The notes under the pieces are model-generated. The model saw only the letters and a list, made by a program, of their open reading frames with translations, ran no database searches and was not told the origin of the DNA. This document shows, one piece after another, positions 1 to 9,475 of a stretch of DNA of 64,000 nucleotides; the stretch's first letter is position 1; each line of letters opens with the position of its first letter. The position numbers and the translations under genes were made by a program. Source of the stretch: a virus (lineage: Duplodnaviria > Caudoviricetes); IMG/VR virus record IMGVR_UViG_3300049573_000247, positions 64,001 through 128,000 of that record; one strand, written 5' to 3'.

Positions 1-96
1 CGTCACGCCCGGCTGCGTGTTCAAGTCAGTCAATGTCACTCCATCCCATGCGTATATCAATATGCATGAATAACTAGCGGTCACTGGTACCGATTC

Positions 97-132
97 ATCG
101 AACGATTTCTATGCAATTGGGGGTCGGGACAC
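97..132 (-). promoter_or_regulatory. Repeated intergenic element, copy 1 (ATCGAACGATTTCTAT-N5-TGGGGGTCGGGACAC)
   Basis: Same two blocks with identical spacing recur at 4490-4525; the second block recurs at 9428-9446. Confidence 0.65.
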
Positions 133-840
133 TCAGCCTTGGAAGTACTCCACGCTGTCGCCGATGGACACGCGCGTCGGCACGGTGCCCTCCTTCGTCA
201 GCACCTCGGCATCGGCCGTGTCGTAGTGGATGCTCACGCGCAGCTCGCAGTCGGCGAAGTAGGCGTACACCTGGACGCCGCCGACCTCGATGCACGGGAG
301 CACCCCGTCGCTCCCCATCGGGAGGAACCGCGCCGCCGCGTTCAACTCGGCCGCCCGCTCCTCGTCGAGCAGTGTCTTCCCCGGCTTCACCGGGTCGGCC
401 TGCCCGCGACCGTAGGTGTCGGTCAGGGTCAGGACCCGCCGCTCCTCACGGCCGTCGGGGTACACCAGGACGAGCACGTCGCCGGTGTCCAGGATCGGGT
501 GGTCTTTCGCGTACACCTGGCCCGACGCGGCCGTGCCGGTCGAGTCGCCGTGTGCGCTGATCACCGTGGCCTCGGGTTCGAGGAGGACGGTGAACTTCTC
601 GTTGGTGCCCTTGTTGTACGGGTCGAGGTACTTGCCGTCGCCGCCGATCGGACCCATCGCACCCCACTTGGTCTCACCGGGGTGGGGATTCGGTCGGCGC
701 AGATTGCTCCACACCTGGAGGCGGGAGGGCCCGGCATCGCGCCTGGTGCGGTAGACGTACATCGAGGTGAACTCGACGCCGTAGTGATCGCGCCGGTACT
801 CGTCGCCCTCGACCAATTCGATGCGGTGTTCCATGCTCAT
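133..840 (-). CDS. Hypothetical phage protein
   Basis: Long ORF with protein-like composition; GAAAGG RBS before ATG at 840. Confidence 0.75.
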   Translation of the reverse strand: MSMEHRIELVEGDEYRRDHYGVEFTSMYVYRTRRDAGPSRLQVWSNLRRPNPHPGETKWGAMGPIGGDGKYLDPYNKGTNEKFTVLLEPEATVISAHGDSTGTAASGQVYAKDHPILDTGDVLVLVYPDGREERRVLTLTDTYGRGQADPVKPGKTLLDEERAAELNAAARFLPMGSDGVLPCIEVGGVQVYAYFADCELRVSIHYDTADAEVLTKEGTVPTRVSIGDSVEYFQG

Positions 841-905
841 CCTTTCTCTGGGGGGCAGAACCATCACGGCGTGGGGCCCGCCAGGGCGGGCCCCACAGTG
901 AGCGT

Positions 906-1751
906 TCAGTCCTCGAAGTCCGCCTCGCGCGGCGGCGTCAGTTCACCTGACCGCATCTGATCGGCCGCCTCGATCAACCGCGCCGCCGACACATGCCGCT
1001 CATCGAACAGCCGGGGGAAAAACCCGGAGCCCCACGCACGGCGCATGCGACTGCGGGCCCGTCGGCACGCGTAGTACACCGACTGCACGGGACCAAACGG
1101 CTTCGACCACCACAGCCAGTGCCGCAGGCGAGGCAACCACCGTTCCTCTTTCGGCTTGCCGAACATCGGCTTGGGAGGGAATCCCTGGTGGAGGTACATG
1201 CGGGTCACGGTGCCGTGGGTGATTCGCCACTCGGCGATGACCGTGTGCTTCGGTGCGGCACCGGCGCAACCAAACCCACCGGAAAGCGCTTGCGCTGTCA
1301 TCTCCAGGAACGGGAACGCCGTGGCGATCTGCCGCCATTCGGCTTCGATGTCGTCAACCTCGGGGTACTTGACGCCTATGTGCCAGTCGGGCCGGATCGT
1401 GCCATCCCAGCGCAGCCAGCCACCAGGCTCATCCGAGTGCGACATGATCGCGTCGTTGTCCAAGTGGGACAACCCGAGTGATCCGATCGACTCACCGTAC
1501 GCGTCAGCTATCGTGTGTCGTTCGTTGACCCACGCCCACCACTGAACGCACTTGTCGTCGTCGCAGACCTCCTCATGCCGGTCGTACCAGCCAAGAATGC
1601 ACGCCACGATGTGCCGCCACTCCTCGTCGTTGCACGCCGTGAAACGCCAGTCGTTGGTGCGCATCATGACCTCGTTGGTCTGCTCGCGCGTCAGCGGCTC
1701 ACCGACCGTGAGCATCCGCGCCCACCGGCCCAACCCGTCCTCGTACCCCAT
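906..1751 (-). CDS. Hypothetical phage protein (Trp-rich)
   Basis: 281 aa ORF, GAGGG RBS, part of co-oriented gene array. Confidence 0.75.
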   Translation of the reverse strand: MGYEDGLGRWARMLTVGEPLTREQTNEVMMRTNDWRFTACNDEEWRHIVACILGWYDRHEEVCDDDKCVQWWAWVNERHTIADAYGESIGSLGLSHLDNDAIMSHSDEPGGWLRWDGTIRPDWHIGVKYPEVDDIEAEWRQIATAFPFLEMTAQALSGGFGCAGAAPKHTVIAEWRITHGTVTRMYLHQGFPPKPMFGKPKEERWLPRLRHWLWWSKPFGPVQSVYYACRRARSRMRRAWGSGFFPRLFDERHVSAARLIEAADQMRSGELTPPREADFED

Positions 1752-1778
1752 AGTTCCCTCTTCTCATGCCCGCTGCGG

Positions 1779-2747
1779 TCACAGCGGGCGGCACGGCGTA
1801 CCGCACACCGCGACGTGGAAGACCGCATCAGCGGCCGTCGGTGAGAGCGGGGCCTTGTACCCGTTCCAGTCGCACGTCACCAGGTCGCGGCATTCCAGCG
1901 CCACCGCCGGGTCGACGCGCATCGACCCGGTCGCGCACGCCACCAGCGCCATCCAGATCCGAGCCGCATCGACCTGGACCGCGTCGTTAGTGCCGCACAC
2001 CAGCCAGTACGACCACCACGCCTCCCCCTCGTTCTCGTGGCCGGTGACCGTGAACGCCTCCAGCGTCGCCGGTTCAGCCACCGCCTTCCACAGGTTCAGC
2101 TCGCGCCGCCGGAAGGCCCAGGGCCGTTCCTGCGGAAACGTGACCGACTGCTCCAGCTCGACTTCGGCCAGCGCCCGCTCGGCCTCCTCGACCGCGTACT
2201 CGTAGCCGACCATGCGCGACGACGTGTAGTCGCCGCCCCCTTCCAGCGGCTGCCACTCGGTGCGCTTGAACCCCGTCGCCGCGTGCGACCACTCGACCTC
2301 GTACTCGACCGCATAGCCGTACACGTCGCCCTCGTTGAAGTCCTTCACGAACGTCACGGCCTGCTCCAGCGCGGCCTCGACGCCATCCTCGGAACCGACC
2401 GCCGAAGCAACCCACCTCGGTGTCGACACGGCCCACCAGGTGTCCCCGTCCGAGTCGGTCTGGATGAGTTTGACGCGCACCCCGTAGGCCAGCCACAGGT
2501 AGCGCGCGGTCAGCTCCTCCCGAACGTTCCCGATCGCGTAGTGCGAGGCGGCCCACGCCAGACGCGTGGTGTCGAAACCGTCCTCCCACTGGCCGCCTGC
2601 CTGGACGACCGGCGAGCCGTCACGGTTCGGCTTCGGAACCGACACGACCAGCGGCAGGAAATCGCCCTGATCATCCAGCTCCCCAGGGTCCTCATCGGAG
2701 AACACCCGGACCCGCAGGCCCTCCACCCTGACTGATTCGATCTCCAT
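1779..2747 (-). CDS. Hypothetical phage protein
   Basis: ORF starting MEIESVRV after AGGAAGGG RBS. Confidence 0.75.
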   Translation of the reverse strand: MEIESVRVEGLRVRVFSDEDPGELDDQGDFLPLVVSVPKPNRDGSPVVQAGGQWEDGFDTTRLAWAASHYAIGNVREELTARYLWLAYGVRVKLIQTDSDGDTWWAVSTPRWVASAVGSEDGVEAALEQAVTFVKDFNEGDVYGYAVEYEVEWSHAATGFKRTEWQPLEGGGDYTSSRMVGYEYAVEEAERALAEVELEQSVTFPQERPWAFRRRELNLWKAVAEPATLEAFTVTGHENEGEAWWSYWLVCGTNDAVQVDAARIWMALVACATGSMRVDPAVALECRDLVTCDWNGYKAPLSPTAADAVFHVAVCGTPCRPL

Positions 2748-2814
2748 TGCAGCCCTTCCTCTCGCGAATAGGTCTACAGCGGAGGCCGGGCGGTGCCCGG
2801 CCCCCACTGAGGGC

Positions 2815-3351
2815 CTACTCGATGTAGCCCGCTGCGCCGCCCTCGGTGACGTCGAAGACGTACACCCACTGCGGCTTTCCGCCGGTCCGTCCGGGCACCG
2901 ACCGGAACGCGGCGCCCCTGCGGTTCATGGTCTGCTCGGCCCACTCGGTCCAGTCGAACAGGTCCCGGATCGCCGAGTTCGACAACTCGCCCCAGCGGGA
3001 GAACCCGCGCCGCGCCCCGTCCCAGGTAGCGAGGTGATCCAGCAGGGAACCCGCCCCCAGATCCTCAGGGCTGGCGAACTGGTCGCAGCAGAACGCCTCA
3101 TCGGATTCCCACCGGCCCTTGAACGCGCCCGCGTTCGCCCACCGGACCACCGCCGAGTACGGGTGGGCGTCGTCGGCGCGCCGCCACGCGTGCACCGCTT
3201 CGATGCCGTCCCTGCCGTGAATCTGGGCGAGTTCGATCGTGAGCGGGTGTGCCAGGTCGGCCCGACCCCCGGGCGTAATCGCCGGATCGGCCTCCTTCCA
3301 CAGCGCCCACGACAGCTGCCGACCAGGCAGTGCCTCGTAGATCGGTTCCAT
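2815..3351 (-). CDS. ArdA-like antirestriction protein (putative)
   Basis: Pattern F-x-G-x-W-x-S-x-E-x-F ... F-D-W-x-x-W-A ... YVF resembles the ArdA C-terminal domain. Confidence 0.45.
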   Translation of the reverse strand: MEPIYEALPGRQLSWALWKEADPAITPGGRADLAHPLTIELAQIHGRDGIEAVHAWRRADDAHPYSAVVRWANAGAFKGRWESDEAFCCDQFASPEDLGAGSLLDHLATWDGARRGFSRWGELSNSAIRDLFDWTEWAEQTMNRRGAAFRSVPGRTGGKPQWVYVFDVTEGGAAGYIE

Positions 3352-3354
3352 TCC

Positions 3355-3732
3355 TTACGCCCCTTCCTCGGTGATCTGGTCGCATTCCACGGCGAAGCAC
3401 GGCACCACCCAGACTTCGACGCCGCGCGTCACGTGCGAGAGCGAGCCGCCCCCCATGGGCGACCCCTTCGGTCCGTGCAGGCGCGCTCCCCGCTCCAGAG
3501 CCTCGATGAGCTTGTCGTACCCCGTCCTGAGCAGGCGGCCGTCGTAGAGTTCGCCTGCCTTCCGGAACGCTCGCGCCTCGTCGTTGGTCTGGGCGATGTG
3601 CGCGAAGTGGTAGAAGTGCCCGGCCATGATCATCACCGCCTCGTCGACGGTCACGCCGTGGTCGATGTTGTCGGGATTGGGCGCGTCGCCGACCTCGTTG
3701 TACCCGACGGCCCAGTGCTGGACTTCGTACAT
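3355..3732 (-). CDS. Hypothetical protein
   Basis: ORF tightly packed with neighbours. Confidence 0.7.
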   Translation of the reverse strand: MYEVQHWAVGYNEVGDAPNPDNIDHGVTVDEAVMIMAGHFYHFAHIAQTNDEARAFRKAGELYDGRLLRTGYDKLIEALERGARLHGPKGSPMGGGSLSHVTRGVEVWVVPCFAVECDQITEEGA

Positions 3733-4434
3733 CTACCGCTCCTCCCGCGCACCCTCACGGGCCGCCTCTTCACTCGCGTACACGTCACCGTGCGCTTTGA
3801 CGACCCCGCCCATGCCCCGCACGTCCACGGTCACGTTCGCCTCGTCGAAGGAGAACACGGTGCCCTGCATCAGGTCACGCCCGAAGACGCGCACCCACAC
3901 CGCAGCACCGACCCCCACGCGCTGGCCGCCTGCGATCTCCACGGTGTTCTCGTACTCGACCAGGTAGGCCAGGGCGTTTCCTGCTCGGGTCATGGCCTCG
4001 CCGAAGTCGGCGACGCCGTGCCGGTAGTTGTTCATACCGACTGCCCCGGTGCTGACCCACTGCTCTTGGGATCGGCTGGTGACCTCGTGTCGGTGCAAGT
4101 CGAACGAGTACGTGCCGTCCTTGTCGCGGAAGACGCAGACGCGCACGCCGGTGGACTCGGCGGTGATGATCTCGACGAGGCCCCAGCTGCCCCGGTCGTA
4201 CCGGCGAGCGCCGCCGCCGCTGCCGGGCTGGTTTGCCAGCTCGGCTTGCAGGGTCTGGACCTGGTGCTCCAGTTCTTTGATGCGCTCGGTCGCGTGGGTC
4301 TCGCTCGCCAACCGCGTGACCTCCCTCTCGTCCTCTTCGAACGGGCCGAAGTCCTCGCCGGAGGAGAACCACGGGCTGCTCCTCGGCGCTTCGCCGACCG
4401 CCTCCCGGTACGTCATGCGCTCCACAGTGCACAC
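3733..4434 (-). CDS. Hypothetical protein with short coiled coil
   Basis: ORF; segment ERIKELEHQVQTLQAEL. Confidence 0.7.
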   Translation of the reverse strand: MCTVERMTYREAVGEAPRSSPWFSSGEDFGPFEEDEREVTRLASETHATERIKELEHQVQTLQAELANQPGSGGGARRYDRGSWGLVEIITAESTGVRVCVFRDKDGTYSFDLHRHEVTSRSQEQWVSTGAVGMNNYRHGVADFGEAMTRAGNALAYLVEYENTVEIAGGQRVGVGAAVWVRVFGRDLMQGTVFSFDEANVTVDVRGMGGVVKAHGDVYASEEAAREGAREER

Positions 4435-4489
4435 CTTTCATCGATCAACTTGAATGCGAAGTGTCGTCGCCGGTAAACGGCAACAATCA

Positions 4490-4544
4490 ATCGAACGATT
4501 TCTATATCAATGGGGGTCGGGACACCACCGTGCCCCGACCCCCA
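4490..4544 (-). promoter_or_regulatory. Repeated intergenic element, copy 2, with hairpin
   Basis: TGGGGGTCGGGACAC-CACC-GTGCCCCGACCCCCA inverted repeat plus the ATCGAACGATTTCTAT block. Confidence 0.65.
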
Positions 4545-4549
4545 CACGC

Positions 4550-4765
4550 TCACGTGCGCGGCGACGCCGCCGACTCCTCGCGGCATGCCCGCTGATGGGC
4601 GCGAACCAGCTTGTCGTGCAACGCGGAGTATTTTGCGTGCGCCTCACCTGCTATCGGATCACCCGCGTTGGTGCCCGAACTCGACACGTTGAGCCAGTGG
4701 CTCGCCTTCGCCTTAACCGCGCTCGCCATGAGCAGCAGCTCTTCCCGGCTGTAATCAACCATCAC
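4550..4765 (-). CDS. Hypothetical protein
   Basis: 71 aa ORF overlapping upstream stop. Confidence 0.6.
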   Translation of the reverse strand: MMVDYSREELLLMASAVKAKASHWLNVSSSGTNAGDPIAGEAHAKYSALHDKLVRAHQRACREESAASPRT

Positions 4766-5082
4766 CGATGGCGCTCCTTCTCGGCGCGCTGTTCGAGACG
4801 GTAGGCAACGCTGGTCAGCGTGTCTCCCGCTTCCCCGAACCGCTCACCCTCCCCGGGATTCCCTTCGACGCGCACCGCCTCGTCCTGCCGCCGGTAAGCG
4901 CACTCACCCATGGCGCGAACCCACCCGGCCGTGATGATCGACGCACCGACCAGCGCTTCCATGACGTCAACGGCCACCGCTTCGCCGTGCTTGTCGCACA
5001 CCTCCCGGTAGACTTCGACACACGCCTCCAGCTGCTCGTCGGTGGACAGCTCCACCAGCCTTGTCAACTCCAGCCGTTCCAT
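4762..5082 (-). CDS. Hypothetical protein
   Basis: Start MERLELT at 5082 with GAGG RBS. Confidence 0.65.
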   Translation of the reverse strand: MERLELTRLVELSTDEQLEACVEVYREVCDKHGEAVAVDVMEALVGASIITAGWVRAMGECAYRRQDEAVRVEGNPGEGERFGEAGDTLTSVAYRLEQRAEKERHR

Positions 5083-5093
5083 GGCACCTCTCC

Positions 5094-5276
5094 CTACCCT
5101 TCCAGGCATTCGGAATCTTCGACGGAGCAGGCGTCGGTTCCCACCGAAACAACCTGCTCCTTGAAGTCGTCGAAGAACTCCTGCGCGGCCAACGTTTCGG
5201 CCTCCTCTCGCGTGGCGGCTTCGACCTGCATGTGGACCGTTCCATTCACGGCGATCCCGACGTCCCACGTGGGCAC
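5094..5276 (-). CDS. Small acidic hypothetical protein
   Basis: GGAGG RBS; VEAATREEA motif typical of small phage proteins. Confidence 0.65.
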   Translation of the reverse strand: MPTWDVGIAVNGTVHMQVEAATREEAETLAAQEFFDDFKEQVVSVGTDACSVEDSECLEG

Positions 5277-5352
5277 AGCGCCTCCTCTTTTCGCTCAACC
5301 GATAGGACTTCGGCCGAGACCAGCACCCCCGCACCTGGTCACGACCGGACTC

Positions 5353-5748
5353 CTAACCGTCGGCCTTGATCGCCTTCCCGTCGGCGAGCCCGTCGCGGTA
5401 GGCGTTCGACACGTGCGCGGCGACCTCTTCGATCCCTTCCCACTGCGCGCGCGTCAACCGCACGCCCGCCTCCTGCTCGCCCCGGCGCATCAGCCGCACC
5501 GCCGCGCGCATCGGACCCGGCACCAGGGCCGCGTCCAGGCGCGCGCCCTCGACGACGCCCTCGATGAACGAGATCGCGCACGCCGCACCGCCGGTCCGGT
5601 CGTCGTAGGTGATGTTCCGCTGGTCCGAGAGGTACCGGACCCCGTTGCCGAGGTCCATACCAAACGAGAACCAGTCGGTGCCGGTGGTCTCCTCGACCTT
5701 GCGGATCACGGCCTTGACCTCGTCGGGGTCCCATTCGAAGGCGCTCAT
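5353..5748 (-). CDS. Hypothetical protein
   Basis: ATGA overlap with upstream gene. Confidence 0.65.
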   Translation of the reverse strand: MSAFEWDPDEVKAVIRKVEETTGTDWFSFGMDLGNGVRYLSDQRNITYDDRTGGAACAISFIEGVVEGARLDAALVPGPMRAAVRLMRRGEQEAGVRLTRAQWEGIEEVAAHVSNAYRDGLADGKAIKADG

Positions 5749-5978
5749 GCGCTCCCCTTCCGCGAGTCGGCCAGCCACTGGGCCATCTCTTCGATCAGCG
5801 CGGCGCGCTCGTCGCTCTCGGGCAGCCCGGTGTTCGCGGCCCCGATGAGACCCGCGACGCCCACGCTCGTGACCTCCATGCGGAACTCCTCGTCGCCGCC
5901 AGGCCAGTCCTCGTGCGCCGCTTTGATCTTCTCGAACGCCTCGCGCACACTCGCGACCGTCTCCGTCTTCTCCGTCAT
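5745..5978 (-). CDS. Hypothetical protein
   Basis: Start MTEKTET with AAGGGG RBS. Confidence 0.6.
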   Translation of the reverse strand: MTEKTETVASVREAFEKIKAAHEDWPGGDEEFRMEVTSVGVAGLIGAANTGLPESDERAALIEEMAQWLADSRKGSA

Positions 5979-6001
5979 CGATCCCCTTCCATTGCTGCTG
6001 G

Positions 6002-6265
6002 TTACTGCTGCGCGAGGACGCGCAGCGCGGCCTTCTCGCACCGCTTGCACGGGCGCTGGTCGAACAGCGCCGCCTTGTAGCGGACCTGCGCCAGGGCCTC
6101 GCCGACCGTGGCGAAGACCTGCCCGTCGTGCCCCAGGCGTGTACCGCCGGGCCGATAGGCGATCGCCGCGCACTTCATGACCGGCTCCTCCTCGCAGTCT
6201 TTTGGCACCTCCTGAATGTGGATCACGCGCGGGCTGTACCGGAGCACGTAACTCCGCTCACCCAT
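6002..6265 (-). CDS. Small Cys-containing protein (possible Zn binding)
   Basis: GGAGGG RBS; C..C and CKRC motifs. Confidence 0.6.
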   Translation of the reverse strand: MGERSYVLRYSPRVIHIQEVPKDCEEEPVMKCAAIAYRPGGTRLGHDGQVFATVGEALAQVRYKAALFDQRPCKRCEKAALRVLAQQ

Positions 6266-6351
6266 GCCGCTCCCTCCTTTCGGTCTTGTAGTTCGCCGCC
6301 CGGCACAGGCACCCCCGTGCCCTGTGCCGGACGGCCAGCCACAATCTGGGC

Positions 6352-6654
6352 TCAGTAACCCCAGTCGAAGGCGGGTTCACGTTCTTCCCTGATCTCGCGG
6401 GCGATGCCCTCCAAGATCCCGGCCTCCACGCCCACCAGGTACGCGGTCTCGTCGACCGTGAACCCTTCCCGCGCTTCGGTGACCTCGATGCCCCGCACGT
6501 AGGCGGCGACCGCTTCGATCCGGTCGGGGTTGGCGTCGAGCCACACCAGGTGCGCGCTGCCCCGGTCCCCATACGTTCGGTACAGCACCTGCCACGTCTC
6601 GTACAGCTCCTTGCACTGCTGCTCGATGAGCGCCGCCATGACCATCACCCACAT
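6352..6654 (-). CDS. Hypothetical protein
   Basis: ORF in array; start uncertain. Confidence 0.6.
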   Translation of the reverse strand: MWVMVMAALIEQQCKELYETWQVLYRTYGDRGSAHLVWLDANPDRIEAVAAYVRGIEVTEAREGFTVDETAYLVGVEAGILEGIAREIREEREPAFDWGY

Positions 6655-6685
6655 TTCCTATCGACTATCTATGAATGCTGCTGGT

Positions 6686-7051
6686 TTAGAGGCACGCCTC
6701 GACTTTGCCCAGCGCCACACCCATGGCGGTCTCGGCCCCGCTCGTGGAGTAGTACTCGCTGGCGTACCGCTCCAGCTCAGCGGCCGTGATCAGACCGCCC
6801 GCGACATTGCGCGGGAACGCCCCGTTCCCGTAGTGCTGGATCGCCTCGAAAAAGAACGTCGGCCACACCGACGCGTCCCCCGCCTCGTGCTTGCGGATCG
6901 TCTCCTCACTCGCCCACCCGGTCACGTGCACGTGCACGCGGGTGTCCCCGACCCGGTAGACCCGGGTCTCACGCCCGACCTTCCACCCCGGAAAGTCCCG
7001 CAGCTCATCCGAGGACCGCTCGGCGTTCGCTATGGTCAGCTGGTCACCCAC
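6686..7051 (-). CDS. Hypothetical protein
   Basis: GGAGG RBS; overlaps upstream gene. Confidence 0.65.
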   Translation of the reverse strand: MGDQLTIANAERSSDELRDFPGWKVGRETRVYRVGDTRVHVHVTGWASEETIRKHEAGDASVWPTFFFEAIQHYGNGAFPRNVAGGLITAAELERYASEYYSTSGAETAMGVALGKVEACL

Positions 7052-7490
7052 GCAGCACCTCCTCCACGCCCGCGTACTTGACCCAGGTGTAACCCGACTC
7101 GACCCGGTAGGGACGGATCAGGTTCAGCACCTCCTTGAACGTGTCGATTTCCATGTCCCCGTAGTCCACGACGATGCGCATCCGCGCCCACCCGCCGGAG
7201 TCGATGAAAGCGGCCTCGACCCCGACCTCAGCGAATCGCCGCAACGATTCGATCAAGGCGGTCTCACGCCGCGAGGCCGCGCCCTCCCACCCGTTGAACG
7301 TGACGTCGTAGAACGGCCACTGGTGGTTCGACCAGTGCAGGTGCACCGCGCCGCGCCGCTCGGGACTGGACATGGTCCGCGTCGGGAACGCCTTGATCAG
7401 CGCCGCGAACGGCGCATAATCGTTCCCGTCGGTGGACGGCAGCGAATCGAGCAGTTCATTGAACGCTTCCCGCGCACTCTTCTTAGCCAA
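7044..7490 (-). CDS. Hypothetical protein
   Basis: 148 aa ORF. Confidence 0.65.
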   Translation of the reverse strand: MAKKSAREAFNELLDSLPSTDGNDYAPFAALIKAFPTRTMSSPERRGAVHLHWSNHQWPFYDVTFNGWEGAASRRETALIESLRRFAEVGVEAAFIDSGGWARMRIVVDYGDMEIDTFKEVLNLIRPYRVESGYTWVKYAGVEEVLRG

Positions 7491-7601
7491 ACCGAACCCC
7501 CTAACGTGAGGAATCTACAGCCTGTGTGGTTCGACAGACCCCACGAACCGGCCCGCACCCCCGTGCACGGACCGGCCATGGGCAACCAGCGAACCAGCCG
7601 G

Positions 7602-7964
7602 TTACTCGTCTTCGGTGGTGAAGCGCTCGCCCTGCCGCTCCTTCACGCCCTCGGCGTCCCGCCGTCCCTCGGCCTCGGCCTCACTGTCGAACCGGCCCGA
7701 GACGTGCAGGTATTCGAGCACCGCCCGCGCCTCCGGTGCGGACAGGTCGACGCCGAACACGGCCGCGACCCCACCCAGATACGACAGGGCCGACGCCGCA
7801 CCCGCACCGCCCAACCAGAGGCGCCCGCGAAACCCCCCGTGATTGGGGACGTACCGCACGCCCTTCCCGTCGCCGGGATTGTTGATCTGCAACCAGTCCC
7901 GGTAGCCGGTCGCCTCGCAGACGGGCAACAGCACCCGGTGCACCTTCGCCGATGTCAACCGCAT
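7602..7964 (-). CDS. Hypothetical protein
   Basis: GAGG RBS. Confidence 0.65.
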   Translation of the reverse strand: MRLTSAKVHRVLLPVCEATGYRDWLQINNPGDGKGVRYVPNHGGFRGRLWLGGAGAASALSYLGGVAAVFGVDLSAPEARAVLEYLHVSGRFDSEAEAEGRRDAEGVKERQGERFTTEDE

Positions 7965-7983
7965 CGTTCACCTCACGTTCTCT

Positions 7984-8229
7984 CTACTTGCTGGTGATGC
8001 CGTACTCGGCGATCTCCTCGGGACGCAGGCCCGCGAGCCACGCGTCGCACTCGGCCTCGAACGCGTTCTGCTCGAACGGAATCGTGGCGTGGCCGACGCC
8101 GTCAGTGGAGGTCCAGACGTTGTTGGTGGCGATGGCGTACTCGCCGCCGTTCCACACGTCGATGTACTCGCCGCCCTCCCACGTGAACGTCACGCCCCGA
8201 CACGAGTACGACAGTTCCTCGTCTCCCAT
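7984..8229 (-). CDS. Hypothetical protein
   Basis: GAGG RBS, acidic 81 aa. Confidence 0.65.
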   Translation of the reverse strand: MGDEELSYSCRGVTFTWEGGEYIDVWNGGEYAIATNNVWTSTDGVGHATIPFEQNAFEAECDAWLAGLRPEEIAEYGITSK

Positions 8230-8240
8230 ATGCGCGCCTC

Positions 8241-8735
8241 CTACTCGTCGTCGTCGTTGTCGTTGTCGGCGCTGGCGAACATTCCGTATGCGATCTCCCC
8301 GATCGCATCGGGAACGCTGGAATGCGCGACCGCCTCACTCAGGCGGCGCACCTGCTCGTCGTCCAGTTCCCGACCTGTCCACGCCTCCAGCTGGCTGCGG
8401 GTGACCGCGAGCGTGACCCGGCCGTCCTCGCAGTAGGACTCCACGGCCGCGAGGATCGCCGCCGCTTCCGCACGGCCCTCCCATGACCCGGTCCCGTCCC
8501 AGATGAAGAAGCTATCCAGCTCCTCGGGCACCGCGTGAGCCGCGATCTCCTGCCTGACCTCCCACCCGTGCAGGACCGCCCGCAACAGAGCGGTCTTCCC
8601 GAACGGCTCGGCGAGCACACCCGACCGGTGCGCCTCGTTGATGATCGACAGGCCCCACCCGTTGGCGAACTGGTGGATCTCGTGAGCGCCTTCGTCATCG
8701 ACCCACGTGTCGACTGGTTTGGACTTCACGCCCAT
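8241..8735 (-). CDS. Hypothetical protein
   Basis: AAGGAG RBS before MGVKSKP. Confidence 0.7.
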   Translation of the reverse strand: MGVKSKPVDTWVDDEGAHEIHQFANGWGLSIINEAHRSGVLAEPFGKTALLRAVLHGWEVRQEIAAHAVPEELDSFFIWDGTGSWEGRAEAAAILAAVESYCEDGRVTLAVTRSQLEAWTGRELDDEQVRRLSEAVAHSSVPDAIGEIAYGMFASADNDNDDDE

Positions 8736-8815
8736 GCGTTGTCTCCTTTCGCTATAGGTGGATGCAGCGCGCCACCACACCCGAAGATGTGGTAACCGCT
8801 GGAACGACCTATCGC

Positions 8816-9133
8816 CTACGACCCGGAGCCGCCTTCACCGAGGACCCCCCGGCGGATCGCCGCGCACATCGCGCGCACCCGCTCGCGCTCGACCGGTTCA
8901 CGACTGCCGTTCGCGATCACCCAGCAGTCCAGCTCATGGCAGACCCGACGCCACGTGTCGCGCGTCGCGATCAGTACCGCTTCCCCCTCGCCCAAGTAGT
9001 CGCAGCAGTCGCCGTCCCGGCGAACGGCCACCATCGTGTCCGACCACTGGCCCAGACGCCACAACTCGTTGCCCGACACCGCAACCCGTGCGATGTGCTC
9101 AGGCCACGCCGACTCGTCCTCGATCACTCTCAC
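8816..9133 (-). CDS. Hypothetical protein
   Basis: GGAGGG RBS. Confidence 0.6.
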   Translation of the reverse strand: MRVIEDESAWPEHIARVAVSGNELWRLGQWSDTMVAVRRDGDCCDYLGEGEAVLIATRDTWRRVCHELDCWVIANGSREPVERERVRAMCAAIRRGVLGEGGSGS

Positions 9134-9151
9134 TGCCGCAGCTCCCTCCTG

Positions 9152-9337
9152 CTAGTCGACCGCCGTGTGAGTGACCGGCTTGCCGTCGACCTCGGCCAGC
9201 GCCACGTTGATGGTCGGCCGCTTCTTGCGCCCCTTGTACAGCGCGCGCGCCTTCACGCTCGCCTGGTACAGGTCCTCGGCCTCGATCTCGTGCCGCTGGC
9301 CCTCGACAAACGCGATGTACCCGTTCATGTGCGTCAC
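9152..9337 (-). CDS. Small phage protein
   Basis: MNGYIAF..G.RHEIEA..LY.A pattern typical of small phage proteins. Confidence 0.65.
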   Translation of the reverse strand: MTHMNGYIAFVEGQRHEIEAEDLYQASVKARALYKGRKKRPTINVALAEVDGKPVTHTAVD

Positions 9338-9475
9338 CCTCGCTTCGCATAGAAACCCATCAATAGATGGGATGTATTGATCTCAAAGAATATGTGCAGG
9401 TAGAACCCGGTGTGATTACCGAATCTCTGGGGGTCGGGACACCACCCCTACCCGCCGGAAGCCCAGCACGCGCGT

